Assembly (NCBI RefSeq): GCF_000002075.1
Contig: NW_004797517.1
Coordinates: 17,737-81,736, forward strand
Reading direction: 5' to 3'
From: Aplysia californica
Lineage: Eukaryota
DNA length: 64,000 bases
In this document: in pieces, positions 35,901 to 46,300 of the stretch
Position numbering within the stretch: position 1 is the first letter of the stretch
How the letters are laid out: each line of letters begins with the position of its first letter
The notes under the pieces: generated by a model
Database searches by the model: none
What the model saw: the letters and a program-made list of their open reading frames with translations, nothing else
What the model was told of the DNA's origin: nothing
Made by a program: the position numbers and the translations under genes

Positions 35901-38722
35901 GGAATCAAGCTTCGACTATCAAGGCACCCCGGAAATAGTAGTTCACAAGTGTGACAAACATACAAAAGAAGTAGAGGAAAATGACGATAGTAAAGAAGAG
36001 GACAGAAAAGGCAGCAGTTTCCCATACGCAGGTCCAGCACAGTATGAGCATGACATTGATAAATCAGCCCATTTACAATTCTACTGTGCATAAGAACATG
36101 TTAATATCCTCCCTTTGGGAATGGCCTAAAGACGTTTCAGTCAGTAGCACTGCCCTGGTGGGAGGGGGGGGGGGGGGGGGTAGATTTATACCTATTGTGT
36201 ACACACAGGGTGACTGCCAAACCGGCTTCTCCATTTTCCAGGGCCATGTTACACAACAACAACCCAGTACAAAACCAAGGACTCCGCCTCTCCCTGGGAG
36301 CTTTCCACACTTCTCCAGTGGAGAACCTCCAGACGGAGGCAAACATACCATCACTCACACTCACAGGCGCACACAACTCTCACTACAGTACACAATTAAA
36401 CAAAGCTCAACACCAGAGAACCCAGCACACGACTGTATTTTCAGAACAAACCTAGACACCATAAACGATTCCAAAACAACGAAAAACTCATCAAACCCTT
36501 CGGCCTCAGAGTCCTTGAGGACCTTAAAAACTTACAATTTTCCAAACAAGACATCCAACAATTTCTTTTCACCGAACTCCCTCCGTGGCACCTCACCAAG
36601 GCAAAAATAGACTTACAACTGACCACACACACCAAGCACAAATACCAAAACATTTAAAGCAGAATACAAAAAAACTTATAGAAAAATACCCTGGTGTGGA
36701 GCTAATCTTCTTAGGGTCTGTTGTTGGCGCCGCTGCCCTATCCTCAAACAGTACACACAAAAGGAGCCTCCATTTTCTCTGCAGAGGCCACTGCCATTGA
36801 CATGGCACTGGACTCCGTAGAAAATTTTCCGAACAAATCTTTCCTTATCCTTTCTGACTCTGTCTTGCATCACCTCACTTCCAAACTACACACTCCTAAA
36901 CCCAAAAATAGTTAAGTTACAACAAAAAATACACGCCTTGACTGAAACCGGGAAAAGAATCGTGTTTGCATGGCAACCTAGCCATGTGGGCATCCGAGGA
37001 AACAAGCAGGTAGATCTCCTGGTGAAGGAATCCGCGTCCCTTCTTTTGGGATCAATGATGAACACTCTCCCACAGACTGACTAAAAATAAAGTTTAAAAA
37101 AACACCTCCAGTCTGTGGGAGACTCATTGGAGAAATCAAATTTACAACAAACTCCACCACTCTTGTGACCCGCTATTTCCAGGGTGCCGTGATAGTCTAA
37201 GCAGACTTTGTGCTGTTGAAGCTAGAGAGGTGAGCAGAGTAAGTCTGATTCCCTGTAAGGACTTCTCTGTTGACTCCCACCCCTTGGCGCTCATATTACC
37301 TCATGCAGTTGGGAGCGCCGTAAAACCTCTACTAAACAAAAAACAAACAAAATACCTTTGAAATCAAAATGTGTCAGCTTGAGGACGAGGGGCCCTACGA
37401 AGTAGGTAAAACGTGTCACAAATGCATTACTAAAAATCAGTTGCACTGCAGGTTGTAGACCCCCTGAGACCTAGCTGGGAATGCAAAGAATTTAGGGAGA
37501 GTGGGGGCATTTTGTCGTGAATGTATTCCTGTTCCTCTGCATTGGGTCAATGGTTGGATAAGGTTTGTTTTGGCGATGACTTTCATTTTTCAAATTCGGA
37601 GGGTGGGTTGTTGATGCTGTGAGTGCTTATGCCACAGTCAGGAAATGTCGTTTCCTGTTTGGGTCAACAATGAATTAAGACCAGCATCCATCTTAGGATT
37701 CAATCAACCAGTCTTTGATGAGAAACCACCGTTTTGTTGGTATTCCTTCCTTCCTGGGTTCTTTTTCTTGCAGATTTTTAGGGCTTTCTATATTTCTTGG
37801 TTTCTGGGTTTTTTCAAAGCCTTGTTTTTTCTTTCTATGAAATGTTACAAAAGTATGCAACTCTTTGGATCATCAATTCTTTCTATGTCTGTAAGTGCTT
37901 TTTTTCTCACAAATGGTTTTGAATGAGGTATGGCTTTGGTTTTTAGGTCATTCAGTCAACAGAATATCAGTTCTTTTATTTTGCTGTTGTTTTAAAAAAC
38001 CTGGTTTGACGTTGGAGGGTAATTGGTGGATACCCCCCGGGGCAGTGCCACTGACTGAAGTGTCTTTAGGCCATTCCCAAAGGGGGGACATTTCTCGTTC
38101 AGGCATAGTAGAATTGTAAATGGGCTGACTCATGTCACGCTCATAACTGTGCCTGATCTACAACAGGGAACTGCTGGTTTTTCTTTCCTGATCCTTACTA
38201 TTGTCATTTTCCTCTACTTCTTTTGTATATTTGTCACTCTCTTGTGACCTGCTATTTTGTGGTGCTTTGATCGTGGAAGCAGACCTTGTGCTGTTGAAGC
38301 TAGAGAGGTGAGCAGTCTAAGTCTGATTCCCTGTAAATTGTAAAGACTTCTTTGTTGACACCCACCCCTTGGCGCTCATATGACCTTATGCAGTTGCGAG
38401 CGCCGTAAAACCCTCTACTATTTTTTTTAATTTTTTTTTATCGCAGGATGCTTCTCCTTTGCCCTTAAAAAGAATGGGTTTTTTTCTTTTTCCCAGTACT
38501 ATAAATGTCCCATAATTGTGTTTTAAGCCTTTAGTTTTAAATTTCTCTGTTGGACATGTAATTTAATTTGATGATTGTTCAAATTTTGCAGAGAACTCCC
38601 CGTCAGCCCCCAAGTCTGAGAGTGCTGCTGCCCCTGTCACAGACAATTCCTCCAAAGATAAAGAGCCTGAAGTGGCTGCTGGAACCACTGCGTCTTCTGA
38701 ACCAGAGAAAATGGAACACTGA
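2863..38722 (+). CDS. HDAC1: Class I histone deacetylase HDAC1/2 (Rpd3), whole gene span; 478-496 aa depending on the 3' exon choice
   Basis: Exons joined by GT-AG with consistent phases. Motifs: [57 protein letters not shown]. Exon 2-10 lengths (113, 118, 75, 139, 142, 93, 109, 141, 109) match the human HDAC1 pattern as I recall it. Confidence 0.98.
3688..5500. mobile_element. Cluster of MITE ends with palindromic subterminal repeats (TTCGGACTCGAGTCCGAA)
   Basis: Perfect 22-bp palindromes at 3697-3718 and 4217-4238; inverted degenerate copies at 5045-5130 and 5455-5500. Confidence 0.75.
4208..5137. mobile_element. MULE-like MITE with a 9-bp TSD (TATGCTCGG)
   Basis: TSD at 4199-4207 and 5138-5146; TIRs of about 29 bp; an empty-site homologue is at 47041-47165. 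Confidence 0.8.
5551..6035. mobile_element. Putative MITE with imperfect CATAGA...TCTATG TIRs
   Basis: CATAGATAACTGCATCTCT versus AGAGATGTTAGTTCTATG; no clear TSD. Confidence 0.45.
7545..7730. repeat. Interspersed repeat fragment; longer copy at ~12310-12640, inverted piece at ~35725-35795
   Basis: Shared GGGGTCAGCT...GTACTTTTCAAC...GCACCCAAAGCA.GCATTTCTGCTCTTGAGACT...AAAAGAACGGAC. Confidence 0.8.
7817..7929 (+). CDS. HDAC1: HDAC1 exon 2 ([37 protein letters not shown])
   Basis: CACAG acceptor, GTAGGC donor, 113 nt. Confidence 0.98.
8369..8486 (+). CDS. HDAC1: HDAC1 exon 3 ([39 protein letters not shown])
   Basis: GACAG acceptor, GTAAGT donor, 118 nt. Confidence 0.98.
9281..9631 (-). mobile_element. 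Retroposon family A (long LINE 3' UTR-like body plus hairpin tail)
   Basis: Homologous to copies at 26601-26866(-), 35821-36158(-), 37160-37335(+) and 38036-38419(+). Tail consensus GGCGCTCATATGACCTTATGCAGTTGCGAGCGCCGTAAAACC. Confidence 0.85.
9673..10027 (-). mobile_element. tRNA-derived SINE, full length, with TSD
   Basis: Minus-strand A box TGGCCTAGAGG and B box GGTTCGAATCC. Central GCACGTCAAAGACCC resembles the Deu/Nin-domain core. Related hairpin tail. TSD GCACAC(C)ACAAACTT on both sides. Confidence 0.85.
10554..10628 (+). CDS. HDAC1: HDAC1 exon 4 ([25 protein letters not shown])
   Basis: CACAG acceptor, GTAAGA donor, 75 nt. Confidence 0.98.
14756..14894 (+). CDS. HDAC1: HDAC1 exon 5 ([47 protein letters not shown])
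   Basis: TCCAG acceptor, GTGAGT donor, 139 nt; carries the catalytic His-His dyad. Confidence 0.98.
15462..15632 (+). mobile_element. Short retroposon family B copy
   Basis: Starts GTGGGTGGTTGGCGGGTGCTCTGG and ends in the shared hairpin tail. Confidence 0.8.
16363..16545 (+). mobile_element. Short retroposon family B copy abutting the HDAC1 exon 6 acceptor
   Basis: Same 5' start and tail, with a (CTAAAA)n end, flanked by T-rich direct repeats. Confidence 0.85.
16572..16713 (+). CDS. HDAC1: HDAC1 exon 6 ([47 protein letters not shown])
   Basis: TCTAG acceptor, GTAAGT donor, 142 nt; zinc-binding DxH motif. Confidence 0.98.
16860..17232 (+). mobile_element. 5'-truncated copy of the tRNA-SINE
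   Basis: Matches the reverse complement of 9690-9930; contains GTGCACGTTAAAGATCCC and the tail. Confidence 0.8.
17743..17835 (+). CDS. HDAC1: HDAC1 exon 7 ([31 protein letters not shown])
   Basis: TTCAG acceptor, GTATGT donor, 93 nt. Confidence 0.98.
18541..18800. repeat. Interspersed repeat; second copy at ~20957-21170
   Basis: Shared TCAGTGCTTCC...TTCTGACAGTTC...AAAAAGTGCGA...AAGGATCCGTACTC...GGATATTTATGGT. Confidence 0.8.
19296..19404 (+). CDS. HDAC1: HDAC1 exon 8 ([36 protein letters not shown])
   Basis: TCCAG acceptor, GTAAAT donor, 109 nt. Confidence 0.98.
20184..20324 (+). CDS. HDAC1: HDAC1 exon 9 ([47 protein letters not shown])
   Basis: TACAG acceptor, GTGAGA donor, 141 nt; catalytic Tyr in GGGGY. 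Confidence 0.98.
22286..22394 (+). CDS. HDAC1: HDAC1 exon 10 ([37 protein letters not shown])
   Basis: CTCAG acceptor, GTATGT donor, 109 nt. Confidence 0.98.
22698..24464 (-). mobile_element. Possible highly decayed DNA transposon (Sola-like)
   Basis: Near-inverted AAAGGGGGACAC / GTGTCCCCTTTT ends; internal CTTATGGACATAACTC repeats; weak, frameshifted transposase-like text near 23750-24100. Confidence 0.3.
25561..25619 (+). CDS. HDAC1: HDAC1 exon 11 ([19 protein letters not shown])
   Basis: CACAG acceptor, GTATGA donor, 59 nt; conserved [10 protein letters not shown]. Confidence 0.95.
25857..25928 (+). CDS. HDAC1: HDAC1 exon 12 ([24 protein letters not shown])
   Basis: Long T tract plus AAAG acceptor, GTGAGT donor, 72 nt; phase 1 to phase 1. 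Confidence 0.93.
26601..26866 (-). mobile_element. Retroposon family A copy
   Basis: Homology to the other family A copies. Confidence 0.85.
27372..27515 (+). CDS. HDAC1: HDAC1 exon 13 ([48 protein letters not shown])
   Basis: GCCAG acceptor, GTAATT donor, 144 nt. Contains IACEE, the CK2-type FSDSED sites and a basic NLS-like stretch. Confidence 0.96.
28080..29129. mobile_element. hAT-like MITE (1.05 kb)
   Basis: 13-bp perfect TIR TAGACCTGCATGT / ACATGCAGGTCTA; near-8-bp TSD ATTGGA(T)G; CCGAC-rich subterminal repeats; internal (TCTAGA)n arrays. Confidence 0.8.
29165..29403. mobile_element. piggyBac-type MITE
   Basis: TTAA on both sides; TIR CCCTATCCGTAC / GTACGGATAGGG. Confidence 0.88.
30185..30900 (+). 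mobile_element. Degenerate I/Nimb-clade LINE ORF2 3' fragment (RNase H to C-terminus)
   Basis: [27 protein letters not shown] and [14 protein letters not shown]; homologous to 36740-37150. Confidence 0.8.
31133..31209 (+). CDS. HDAC1: HDAC1 exon 14 ([25 protein letters not shown]); terminal if read to TGA 31207-31209, or internal via the donor after 31205
   Basis: TTTTTTCTCAG acceptor with phase-1 entry; K/E-rich frame like the HDAC1 tail; ends GAGAA|GTGAGT. Confidence 0.85.
33104..33786. mobile_element. piggyBac-type MITE (683 bp)
   Basis: TTAA + CTGATTCCGTCCAT ... ATGGACGGAATCAG + TTAA; 18-bp perfect inverted repeat including the TSD. Confidence 0.88.
34490..35410. mobile_element. Tc1/mariner (Tigger/pogo-like) MITE
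   Basis: TA TSD; TIR CAGTAGTCTCTGCCTAAGATCCC / GGGATCTTAGGCGGAGACTACTG; GGGATCTTA subterminal repeats. Confidence 0.9.
35821..36158 (-). mobile_element. Retroposon family A copy
   Basis: Inverted homologue of 38036-38419. Confidence 0.85.
36220..37335 (+). mobile_element. Degenerate I/Nimb-clade LINE: RT thumb and RNase H followed by a family A tail
   Basis: [32 protein letters not shown]; [12 protein letters not shown]...ENPAHDCIF; [19 protein letters not shown]...FLILSDSVL; [20 protein letters not shown]; frameshifted. Confidence 0.9.
38036..38419 (+). mobile_element. Retroposon family A copy
   Basis: Longest copy; ends about 170 nt before the exon 15 acceptor. Confidence 0.85.
38592..38722 (+). 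CDS. HDAC1: HDAC1 distal terminal exon 15 (dual-frame candidate)
   Basis: TTTTGCAG acceptor; GC-richer coding-like block. Phase 1 (from exon 13) reads [11 protein letters not shown]...SSEPEKMEH*, stop 38720-38722. Phase 2 (from exon 14) reads KELPVSPQV*, stop 38617-38619. Confidence 0.7.
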
Positions 38723-41260
38723 TTAAATGGCTTTCTGCATTGTCACCCATCTCATCTGAATGCCTGTGGCTTTTCTGTTGTACTTGTTCAGCCATAGATT
38801 ATTGTTTGTGTCGTGTGGATTTAATCTCCCTTGTCCAGTTGTCATGATGCCTGTATCCATTCATTGTTCTGTTGTCCATGGAATTTTCTAAGGGAGACGA
38901 GACAATTTTTAAAAAACAAATTTGCCACAAAGATATGACTAGAAAAGCTTAGTTTATATAATACTGTGGTCTCTGGCTAATAACAAGCTGGATCAACGAG
39001 CGTGCCTTGGTACAAAAAAGGTTACCTAGCAAAAATTTCAAGATTTTAGCCATAATAATCTCGAGCCATCAAAAATAAAGGATTGATTCAGCATTTTTAA
39101 AACCAATTTTATATTTTGTCAATCATCAACACTCATCAAGATAGAAGCCTAATATTTGGCATGGCGATTGCTGTTGGTAGGTAGAACAACCTTACAGAGC
39201 CAAATTTGAATTTTCTGTACTAACTTGTGAGCTTTACAGTCCTTGTTATGCACTACATTCAGGTCTCCAATGTTTTAAGATTTTGTAAAATAAAAAAGGC
39301 CTAAAACTCAAATGTGTACCATAAACAGCAAAAATGCTCCTGTAAAGTTATAGAGAAATGTGTATAAAAGATTGTGTGCAAATTTGAAACAATTCTGACA
39401 GTAATTTTCTGAGATCTACTCAATATAGTGTTGCTACCTGGTCAGATAAACAATTCTGAGAAAACTGCAAAGAGATAATTTTTGGTCAAGATTTTCCTAC
39501 ATTGCTACCTCTCTTAAATGCATTTCCAGCTATTTATAAGTTTGATAAAGGAATTAGGCTTCTAAAGATGAATCCTTGATATTGATATCTATTAAGATAC
39601 TCCAAAATCCGAAAAACTGATATTTTTTCTAAATTTTTACTGATCTGACCAGTGGATCCCCTTAAAGTACTTTTATTTCCTGGTCATAGCTCTCTGGGGC
39701 AACCCATTACGCCATTACAGGAGATCAGATAAGACTTACTCTAGATAACACCCATTTAAAATTGGTTTATTCGCACACTGACATGAGAGCATGCTTTTCT
39801 TGTCACCCAAGGTATTTGCTATTGGCCAGAGACCACTGCATTTTGGTTGGGTAGTGTTAATTTTTCTTATATTATAGAGTTCAGATATTTGTGTCCCAGC
39901 GCAGTGTAATCAAGCGCTCGTCTTTTTTGGGGCATATGGAGTGGTTTGTATTGTCGTAAAGGTGATTCATTTGCCTTGCTTTGCAGGAAAAGAATATCCA
40001 CAAGTCGAGATATTTGCGATTGAAGGAGGTGGGGTCGCCTGGTTTCAGGAGTAAAATTAGCGAGAAAATGGCCACCAAAGTTTGGTGACTTCCAAAGCTT
40101 AAGAGGCCTTGGACACTGCAAATTTACTTCTTTTTTTTGTTGTCCCTTTAATCATTTGTTCATAAAATCCACGCATAAAAGTGTTTTTGAATGGATGTAC
40201 AAGGTGTTGGACCAAAAACCCAAAATTCGGGGGGGGGGGGGGGGGGGGGATGTAACTGGCCAAAATGTGCCCATTTCTCAGATTTCGATTCTGGATCGAT
40301 AACAACAACTCAGATTTCGATATTTTGACGGGCACCTGATTTCACCACGATGCCTCATATTTTAACTTGAAATGCTTTCATGTTGGTATTAAAAAACAAA
40401 ACAAAAACCTTGGTTATTTGTCTGTATTTTTTTCCAAATGAAGTGTCGATGTGCCTCTTGTGACCCAAACAAATAACCTTGGTACGACAAGATAACCAAA
40501 ATTGTTTCTTTTCTTCTACTTTTTGTTTGATAAAAGGCATTTAAATTTACAGTGAAACTCACTTCTAAGGGAGCCATTAGGCTCGACCTTCAAGTTCAGG
40601 TATTTTTAATATTAAGAAAGGTGTGACAAGAGCTAACGTGGGAATTTTAAAAATTGGTAAAGGCAGACTGTTCTGAGGGTGTCATGATATAAAGGGAAAC
40701 CAATGGTACCCCACATGAGCAGTTGCTTCCCTTGACTGACTTGCCATAACCCCCTGAACAATGACAATAGGGTTAGGCATTGTTCCAATCAAAGCCATTT
40801 TCTATGGGACCTGTGTGTCCTATACTAACTTTGAAAAGTTAACTGCTGGGGTGAGACAGTATATTGTGCGTTCCTGAAGAAAGGTCCTAGTTGTTCACCT
40901 GTTGGCAAATCTTTATGAGCAAGGAGGTAAAAGATGACTCTAATACATCTGCATCCCTGCGTATGGTTCACGCTTGGAGCGCTTATGCCACCCCATCCTC
41001 CTCAAACAGGTGTGGTGGCAGACCATCTGATTTTTTCGGACCCCTACTCTCAGCAACAATGTGTGTGTGTGTTGGTGTGGAAGATGGCCTCTGACTGGTT
41101 TGATGACTGCCAATTGTGTAAACACAAATTCTGTGCGGGTGGTTGGAGGCCGCCACTGGTAGGCCCTACTTCTTTACCTTCCCTCTGTTGTCTGTCTGTG
41201 TTGCACTTTTTCCCAGCACTAAATGACCATTATTTTGCTGATGTGTTTTTGTTTACTTAA

Positions 41261-41474
41261 CCGTATCCGTACGCCTGTGGTCATTTTGTACCCCCCGGGT
41301 TGTATTCTTCACATTTTAGAATACTTCTAGTACGATCTCTTGGAAACTTTCAATATTTCTCAAAAAATCATTTTGACAAACTGCTATGCAAAGCATATGG
41401 ATCGGATTAATGAGTAAATTTCCTCTTTGGAAAGTTGTATGGATACGATAGTAAAACACGCCTCACGGATAGGG
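41261..41474. mobile_element. piggyBac-type MITE, inverted copy of 29165-29403, in the putative HDAC1 3' UTR
   Basis: TTAA-CCGTATCCGTAC ... ACGGATAGGG-TCAA; internal homology to the first copy. Confidence 0.82.
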
Positions 41475-42501
41475 TCAAACAAATGAGCAAGCTCCATGTA
41501 AACCATGCTTATAAGTCCTCCCGAGCACCATACGTTTGATCAAACTACTGTATTGTAGCTTCTAATTTGGCAGAAATTTTTTATTTGAATTTTGTTAAGT
41601 TCAGCTAGGTTTGAATTTTCACACCCAGACACACACAAATGTAGAGTTCTAATGGACATGTACATGTATATCACTAATGAAAAGACACTTTCAAAACGGA
41701 TTATCCGTGACTATGGGCTATCGCGGAAGAACCCCATTAAACCACCAGTACGGCTACTTCATAAACTATGCCCGTCCCAAGGATGGCAGTATAACTAAAG
41801 CAAGGTTTGGCTGTACATACTGTGTTGTATCTGATTTCCTCACAAGTTGGAGCATTGTATTAAACTTATGGTTTCCCTGAAGAGAATACGTGCTGTTAAT
41901 GACTTGTCATAGATTTTCACTTTTGGGGATGTTAATTATCTTTCAACCCCTGTCACCAGGAATACTCGGGTCTGGATTCCTTATTACTGAAAAAAAAAGG
42001 AATGGGGTACGGTACATAAACCAATTTTTCCATTGTGTGTGCTTGACACTGTACCTTTTAAATCATTCATTTTTGTTTTAAAAATGTTCTTTATTGTTAT
42101 AGCGATTGACTCATGACAGTGGACTTACGAAACATTAGACTTTGAACCTAGAGTTGCACTTTTTCTGCTCGCAGAGCTGAATGTCTTTGTTATTTAATTG
42201 GGGTTTTACTTTCTGCTTTTGCAACTTGATTGTTTGCATCACTGCCTTGAAGGACCTGTAAATCTTTCTATTTATTTTTAGAGCTTCAGTATAATATTTC
42301 CATGACTGGACCAAGTGTATAAATCAGGATGGGAACCTTCATGCCATGGGTGGTTTCCCAGCTTTCATGATGATTGAGGGAGGAATATTTTTTCAAAATT
42401 TTTAAGTATTGCTGGATATGTCCACATTATTTAGCTCATGTACATTTATCAACTTTCATGATTCCATATTAATTTATGTTGTTTTTGTACGCAATTTTAT
42501 G

Positions 42502-42507
42502 AATAAA
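42502..42507 (+). terminator. Candidate distal poly(A) signal of HDAC1 (AATAAA)
   Basis: AATAAA at the end of an AU- and TGTA-rich stretch; would give a 3' UTR of about 3.8 kb. Confidence 0.5.
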
Positions 42508-43811
42508 ATGTTTTCAACCTTATACAAAGATTTAGTTGCTATTAGTATTAGACTTAGATACAGTTGACTCCACTTTGGTAGCGTGAGAGATTTTTACGCT
42601 GTCAGGGCTGCCCATCATGACAAAAATTTGGCGGAATCGTTTTGATTTCTATTCAATTTTACAAAAAGTTTTATTCGATGACGATCCTTATTCCCTTTTT
42701 AAAAAGATTTCAGCAACCCCAACCTACTGCCAACCTTTCCCGCAGTGTGTCACATTCACTAGACACTCTCGTGGTGCTTTGGCCCCTTCCGCACCTCGAC
42801 ATTCCTGTCTCAAACTACTGGATTGTCCTGTCCCATAGTTATTTTTACGTTTCAAAACAGTACCAGTACCTCACCAGGACAGGACTGATCCGGCACATAA
42901 CTTATAAGGCGGCTTCTTTGATGTTTAACAAGGCGGAGTTATAAATTAAATGCATTCCAAAAATTTTCTCAATATTGTCCCCTCCCCCCCCCCCAAAAAT
43001 TTTTTTTTCCGTGATCAGCGACCCACAATTAGCTAAAACCATGTAGTCATGTAGGGAGCGAAATTCAATCCCCGATTACCAAATTCAGGGTTTTGTTGGG
43101 TTTTTTTGTGGGGTTTTTTTTTCACCATTCACCCCGCACTAGGTCTAGATTGCATCTTCAAGACTGATGAAATCAAGGTTGCATGTGTATGTGCTCTTTT
43201 GCTTCATAGAAAATAGAGAAAGAAGACAGTATTGGGTGCATCCTGGGGTGACCTCCGAAGTCCGAAGTTCCCCTTCAAAAAATTTTCGGCTACTACAGAA
43301 TGAGCATCGAAAGCTTTGACAACATTCATCTTGTTGGAGCAGCTACACTATGTCACTTTTCAAGACACACCGTTCAGGAAGTGTGTCACCGGCGGAGAGA
43401 CTGTCTGTGGCGCTTCCATAGTTTTATTCTGTATTAATTGGATTCCTTACAATTTTCCCTGTCAATTTGTCTTCCCTCAAACCTATGTGAATTATATCTT
43501 TCTATTCTTTTGCTTCTCCTCCTCTCCCCCCCCCCCCCCCCCCTCTCCTCTCTCTTTCTCTCTCTCTCTCAAAAATAGGGTGATCTTATTTTGGCCACAT
43601 ATGGCATATAAGTATAAGTAAGCTAAAACCCCCTAGGGGCTGTTCAAATACAAATATCTAATTATCTTACACCTTTTCGGGGCCTTTTTGTCCCCCCGCT
43701 CTCCCCCCCCACCTTCTTACACTTTTCTTATTTTCTTAATACAATCTTAAATTTATTGCCTCCCCCACCCCCAATCCTGTAATATTACATTGTTCGCTTA
43801 TAATAATAATA

Positions 43812-44602
43812 CAGTGGAAACCATTTATAACAGGCCCGGTAATAACAGGGATCCTGTAATAACAGGGATGTTAAAAATCCCCGTTTTTTCCTACCCTTTG
43901 TCTCTATTAAAAGTTATCGGCAATAACAGGGCCTCATCGGAGCCCAACCGAACTTATATCAGGGACAAAGGCTCGTCGTTAACAATGTGTAAAAAGTAAG
44001 AGAGAGAGAGAGTAACGCAGTGATGGAGCAAGCCCGCGCAAGCCATGCCACTGCGAGCACACGCAGCGTGTGAGGCGAGAGAGGGCTGTGGTGTGCTGCA
44101 GACCTCGCTCTGGCCCGAAACCTAGCAACATGCACGCGTTATGTGTCACCAACAATGTCAAGTGCGAGAGAAAATGCCTTTCATTTGACAAAAAATGTGA
44201 AATAATCCTGGCTGTAGACAAAAAGTAAAAAAAGCAAGCTCCACTGGCAGAGATTTGTCGTCATCAGTTCGACATTCCACAAGGGTCGATTCACACCAGT
44301 ACATGTATCAAGGATAGAGAGAAGATCTGGATCGAAAGAAGATGAGACTACCTGATGCAGATGCTGTGGACCAAGCTCTTCTGATGTGGTTTAACTTAGT
44401 TTAAGTTTAAGGAGGCAAGGAGAAAGTGAGTGCCAAAACCCCTGTTTGTGGGTACCTGTGGCAAGGGCAACTACCTATGAATAAGTACAGCCGGATTAGT
44501 CCACAAATGCTTACTTTCCTTGCATTTCTGATTTAACAGGGATCGGATATAACAGGACTTTTTCTCTACTCCCACCATCCCTGTTATATCAGGTTTCCAC
44601 TG
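43812..44602 (+). mobile_element. Internally deleted Tigger/pogo transposon
   Basis: TA TSD; TIR CAGTGGAAACC / GGTTTCCACTG; remnant HTH text KCLSFDKKCEIILAVDK and VDQALLMWF. Confidence 0.88.
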
Positions 44603-46269
44603 TAATAATAATATGAAATGTATATATCGCGCAAATCTGTGTGACAATCATTGTTCTTTGTGCTTACATAATATTCATGAAAAACATGTATACACTCATA
44701 ATGCACATAATCCAGTTACTATGCATTCTCTAAAAAAAACCCAACTAAATCATTCAAACAAAATATTGCATACACACTCTTTCTTACTAAAACAGAAAAA
44801 AATGTAGACCCATGTCAATGTCAAAAGCCCCTTAATTACAAATAAAACAAATTACACTGGAATTCTGATTTTTTTAAAAGTCAACACCTTGGGACTGAAA
44901 ATAGTGAAAAAGAAAGTGTTGACTTTAAGTGATCAAGGTTGACTTTATTCATTGTATTACTGGTCATTGAAAGCCTTTGTCTTTGTATTTTGAGATGACA
45001 GATTCGAATGGCATGGTTATGATAGACTAGTCCTAACATACAACATGCAGATGCTTGTTTGTTTTTTAAGTAGATTTATATATCTAACCATGGATCTGCA
45101 AGATCGAGATTCTACACTAGCTGATCTTTTATTTACTATTAAGTGAGGGGGGGGAGTATTTTCAAAATATTACAGAGTTGTGATTCTGAATGAAAAGTGG
45201 ACAAAGGATAGAAGTTGTGAGTGTGTATGTGTTAGTGTTTGTGTGTATGTGGTGAGAGAGAGTACATGTAAATGTGTGTGTGAGTGCATGTAATGTGTGT
45301 AAGTGCCTATCTGAGTTGTGCGGTTAAAATGTACATTTGCCCCGCCATACCCACAGCGAACTGACTGCCAGAGGTACACACTGCACATCATGACGCACAA
45401 CACGCACCGGTTGGCAACTTGATAATCTTCCTCCCAAGACGACAGAGAGAGACAGGGGGGGGGAGGGGTGGAGGAGAGAGAGAGAGTGCTCTTGTAGCCT
45501 CCATTCACCTCTACACTCTTCTTTTCGGCCGACTTAACATCGGTGGCCATTATTGAGGGACAATATCATTGTTGACACATTTGGTGTACATCCATTATAA
45601 TTGCTCATCTCCTCCTACTTAGTTGAAAAGGAAAACATTGATAGTCTATTTGTAATCAAAGTTCATTCAAAATGCTAAAGAAACAAATTAACTAGAGCTA
45701 TGGTCATCTGAAAAAGCAAGTGTCACTTATGACGCAAGTCGTCATCAATTCTCTCATTTATTAACCTAGAGAACCTAGAGCACATCAACACAAGAATGGT
45801 CATTTAGTGCCAGGAAACAGCATGACAACACACAAATAAAACAGAATGTCAAAATCAAAAGAAAAAGTAAAACCTACCAGTAGTAGCACCTGCCACCTGC
45901 CCACTGTACTAATCACAGACATAGTGTATGACAGGAAAGAACAGGTGAGAAAAAGTAAGATGAAAAACTAGAAGAAAATATTACAAGTACACACTACAGA
46001 CAGCCAATCATTTAGCATATTGGGCTTATTTAGAAAAATGCTTAATTGACTTCAGAAACTGTGTCAGTCTCAGCTTTCAATTGTTCTTATTGCGTTTTGT
46101 AACTGTGTCATAACTGATTATTCAGGTTTAAAATACATGTATGTCATTTGTCAGTAGTAAAAGGGCACCTTTTGGTTTAGTTTCAAACACAAACTTTAGG
46201 TATTTTTGTATAAAACTAAAATTTTATTTACAAATCTGAATCCGTATTTTTCGCTTTTTCTACCCCCCC

Positions 46270-46300
<31 letters not shown>

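Noticed and set aside
35981-36915. 209-aa ORF or a domesticated RNase H gene
   Set aside because: LINE motifs are spread over several frames with frameshifts; it is a decayed retroelement.
37400-38030. Minus-strand LINE endonuclease-RT linker implying a twin-priming inversion
   Set aside because: The similarity is too degenerate to support without an alignment.
38592-38726. Third (phase 0) open frame of exon 15, [11 protein letters not shown]...
   Set aside because: No strong phase-0 donor upstream (only weak GAA|GTAAAG sites in exon 14), and the composition is unlike an HDAC tail.
38960-40620. Kolobok-like DNA transposons in the HDAC1 3' UTR
   Set aside because: One end (GGATCCCCTTAA, ~39665) is suggestive, but I could not pair TIRs confidently.
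45170-45550. 126-aa ORF starting MATDVKSAEKKSVEVNGG
   Set aside because: It runs into G-tract and (CA)n-type low-complexity sequence, with no recognisable domain or convincing splice structure.
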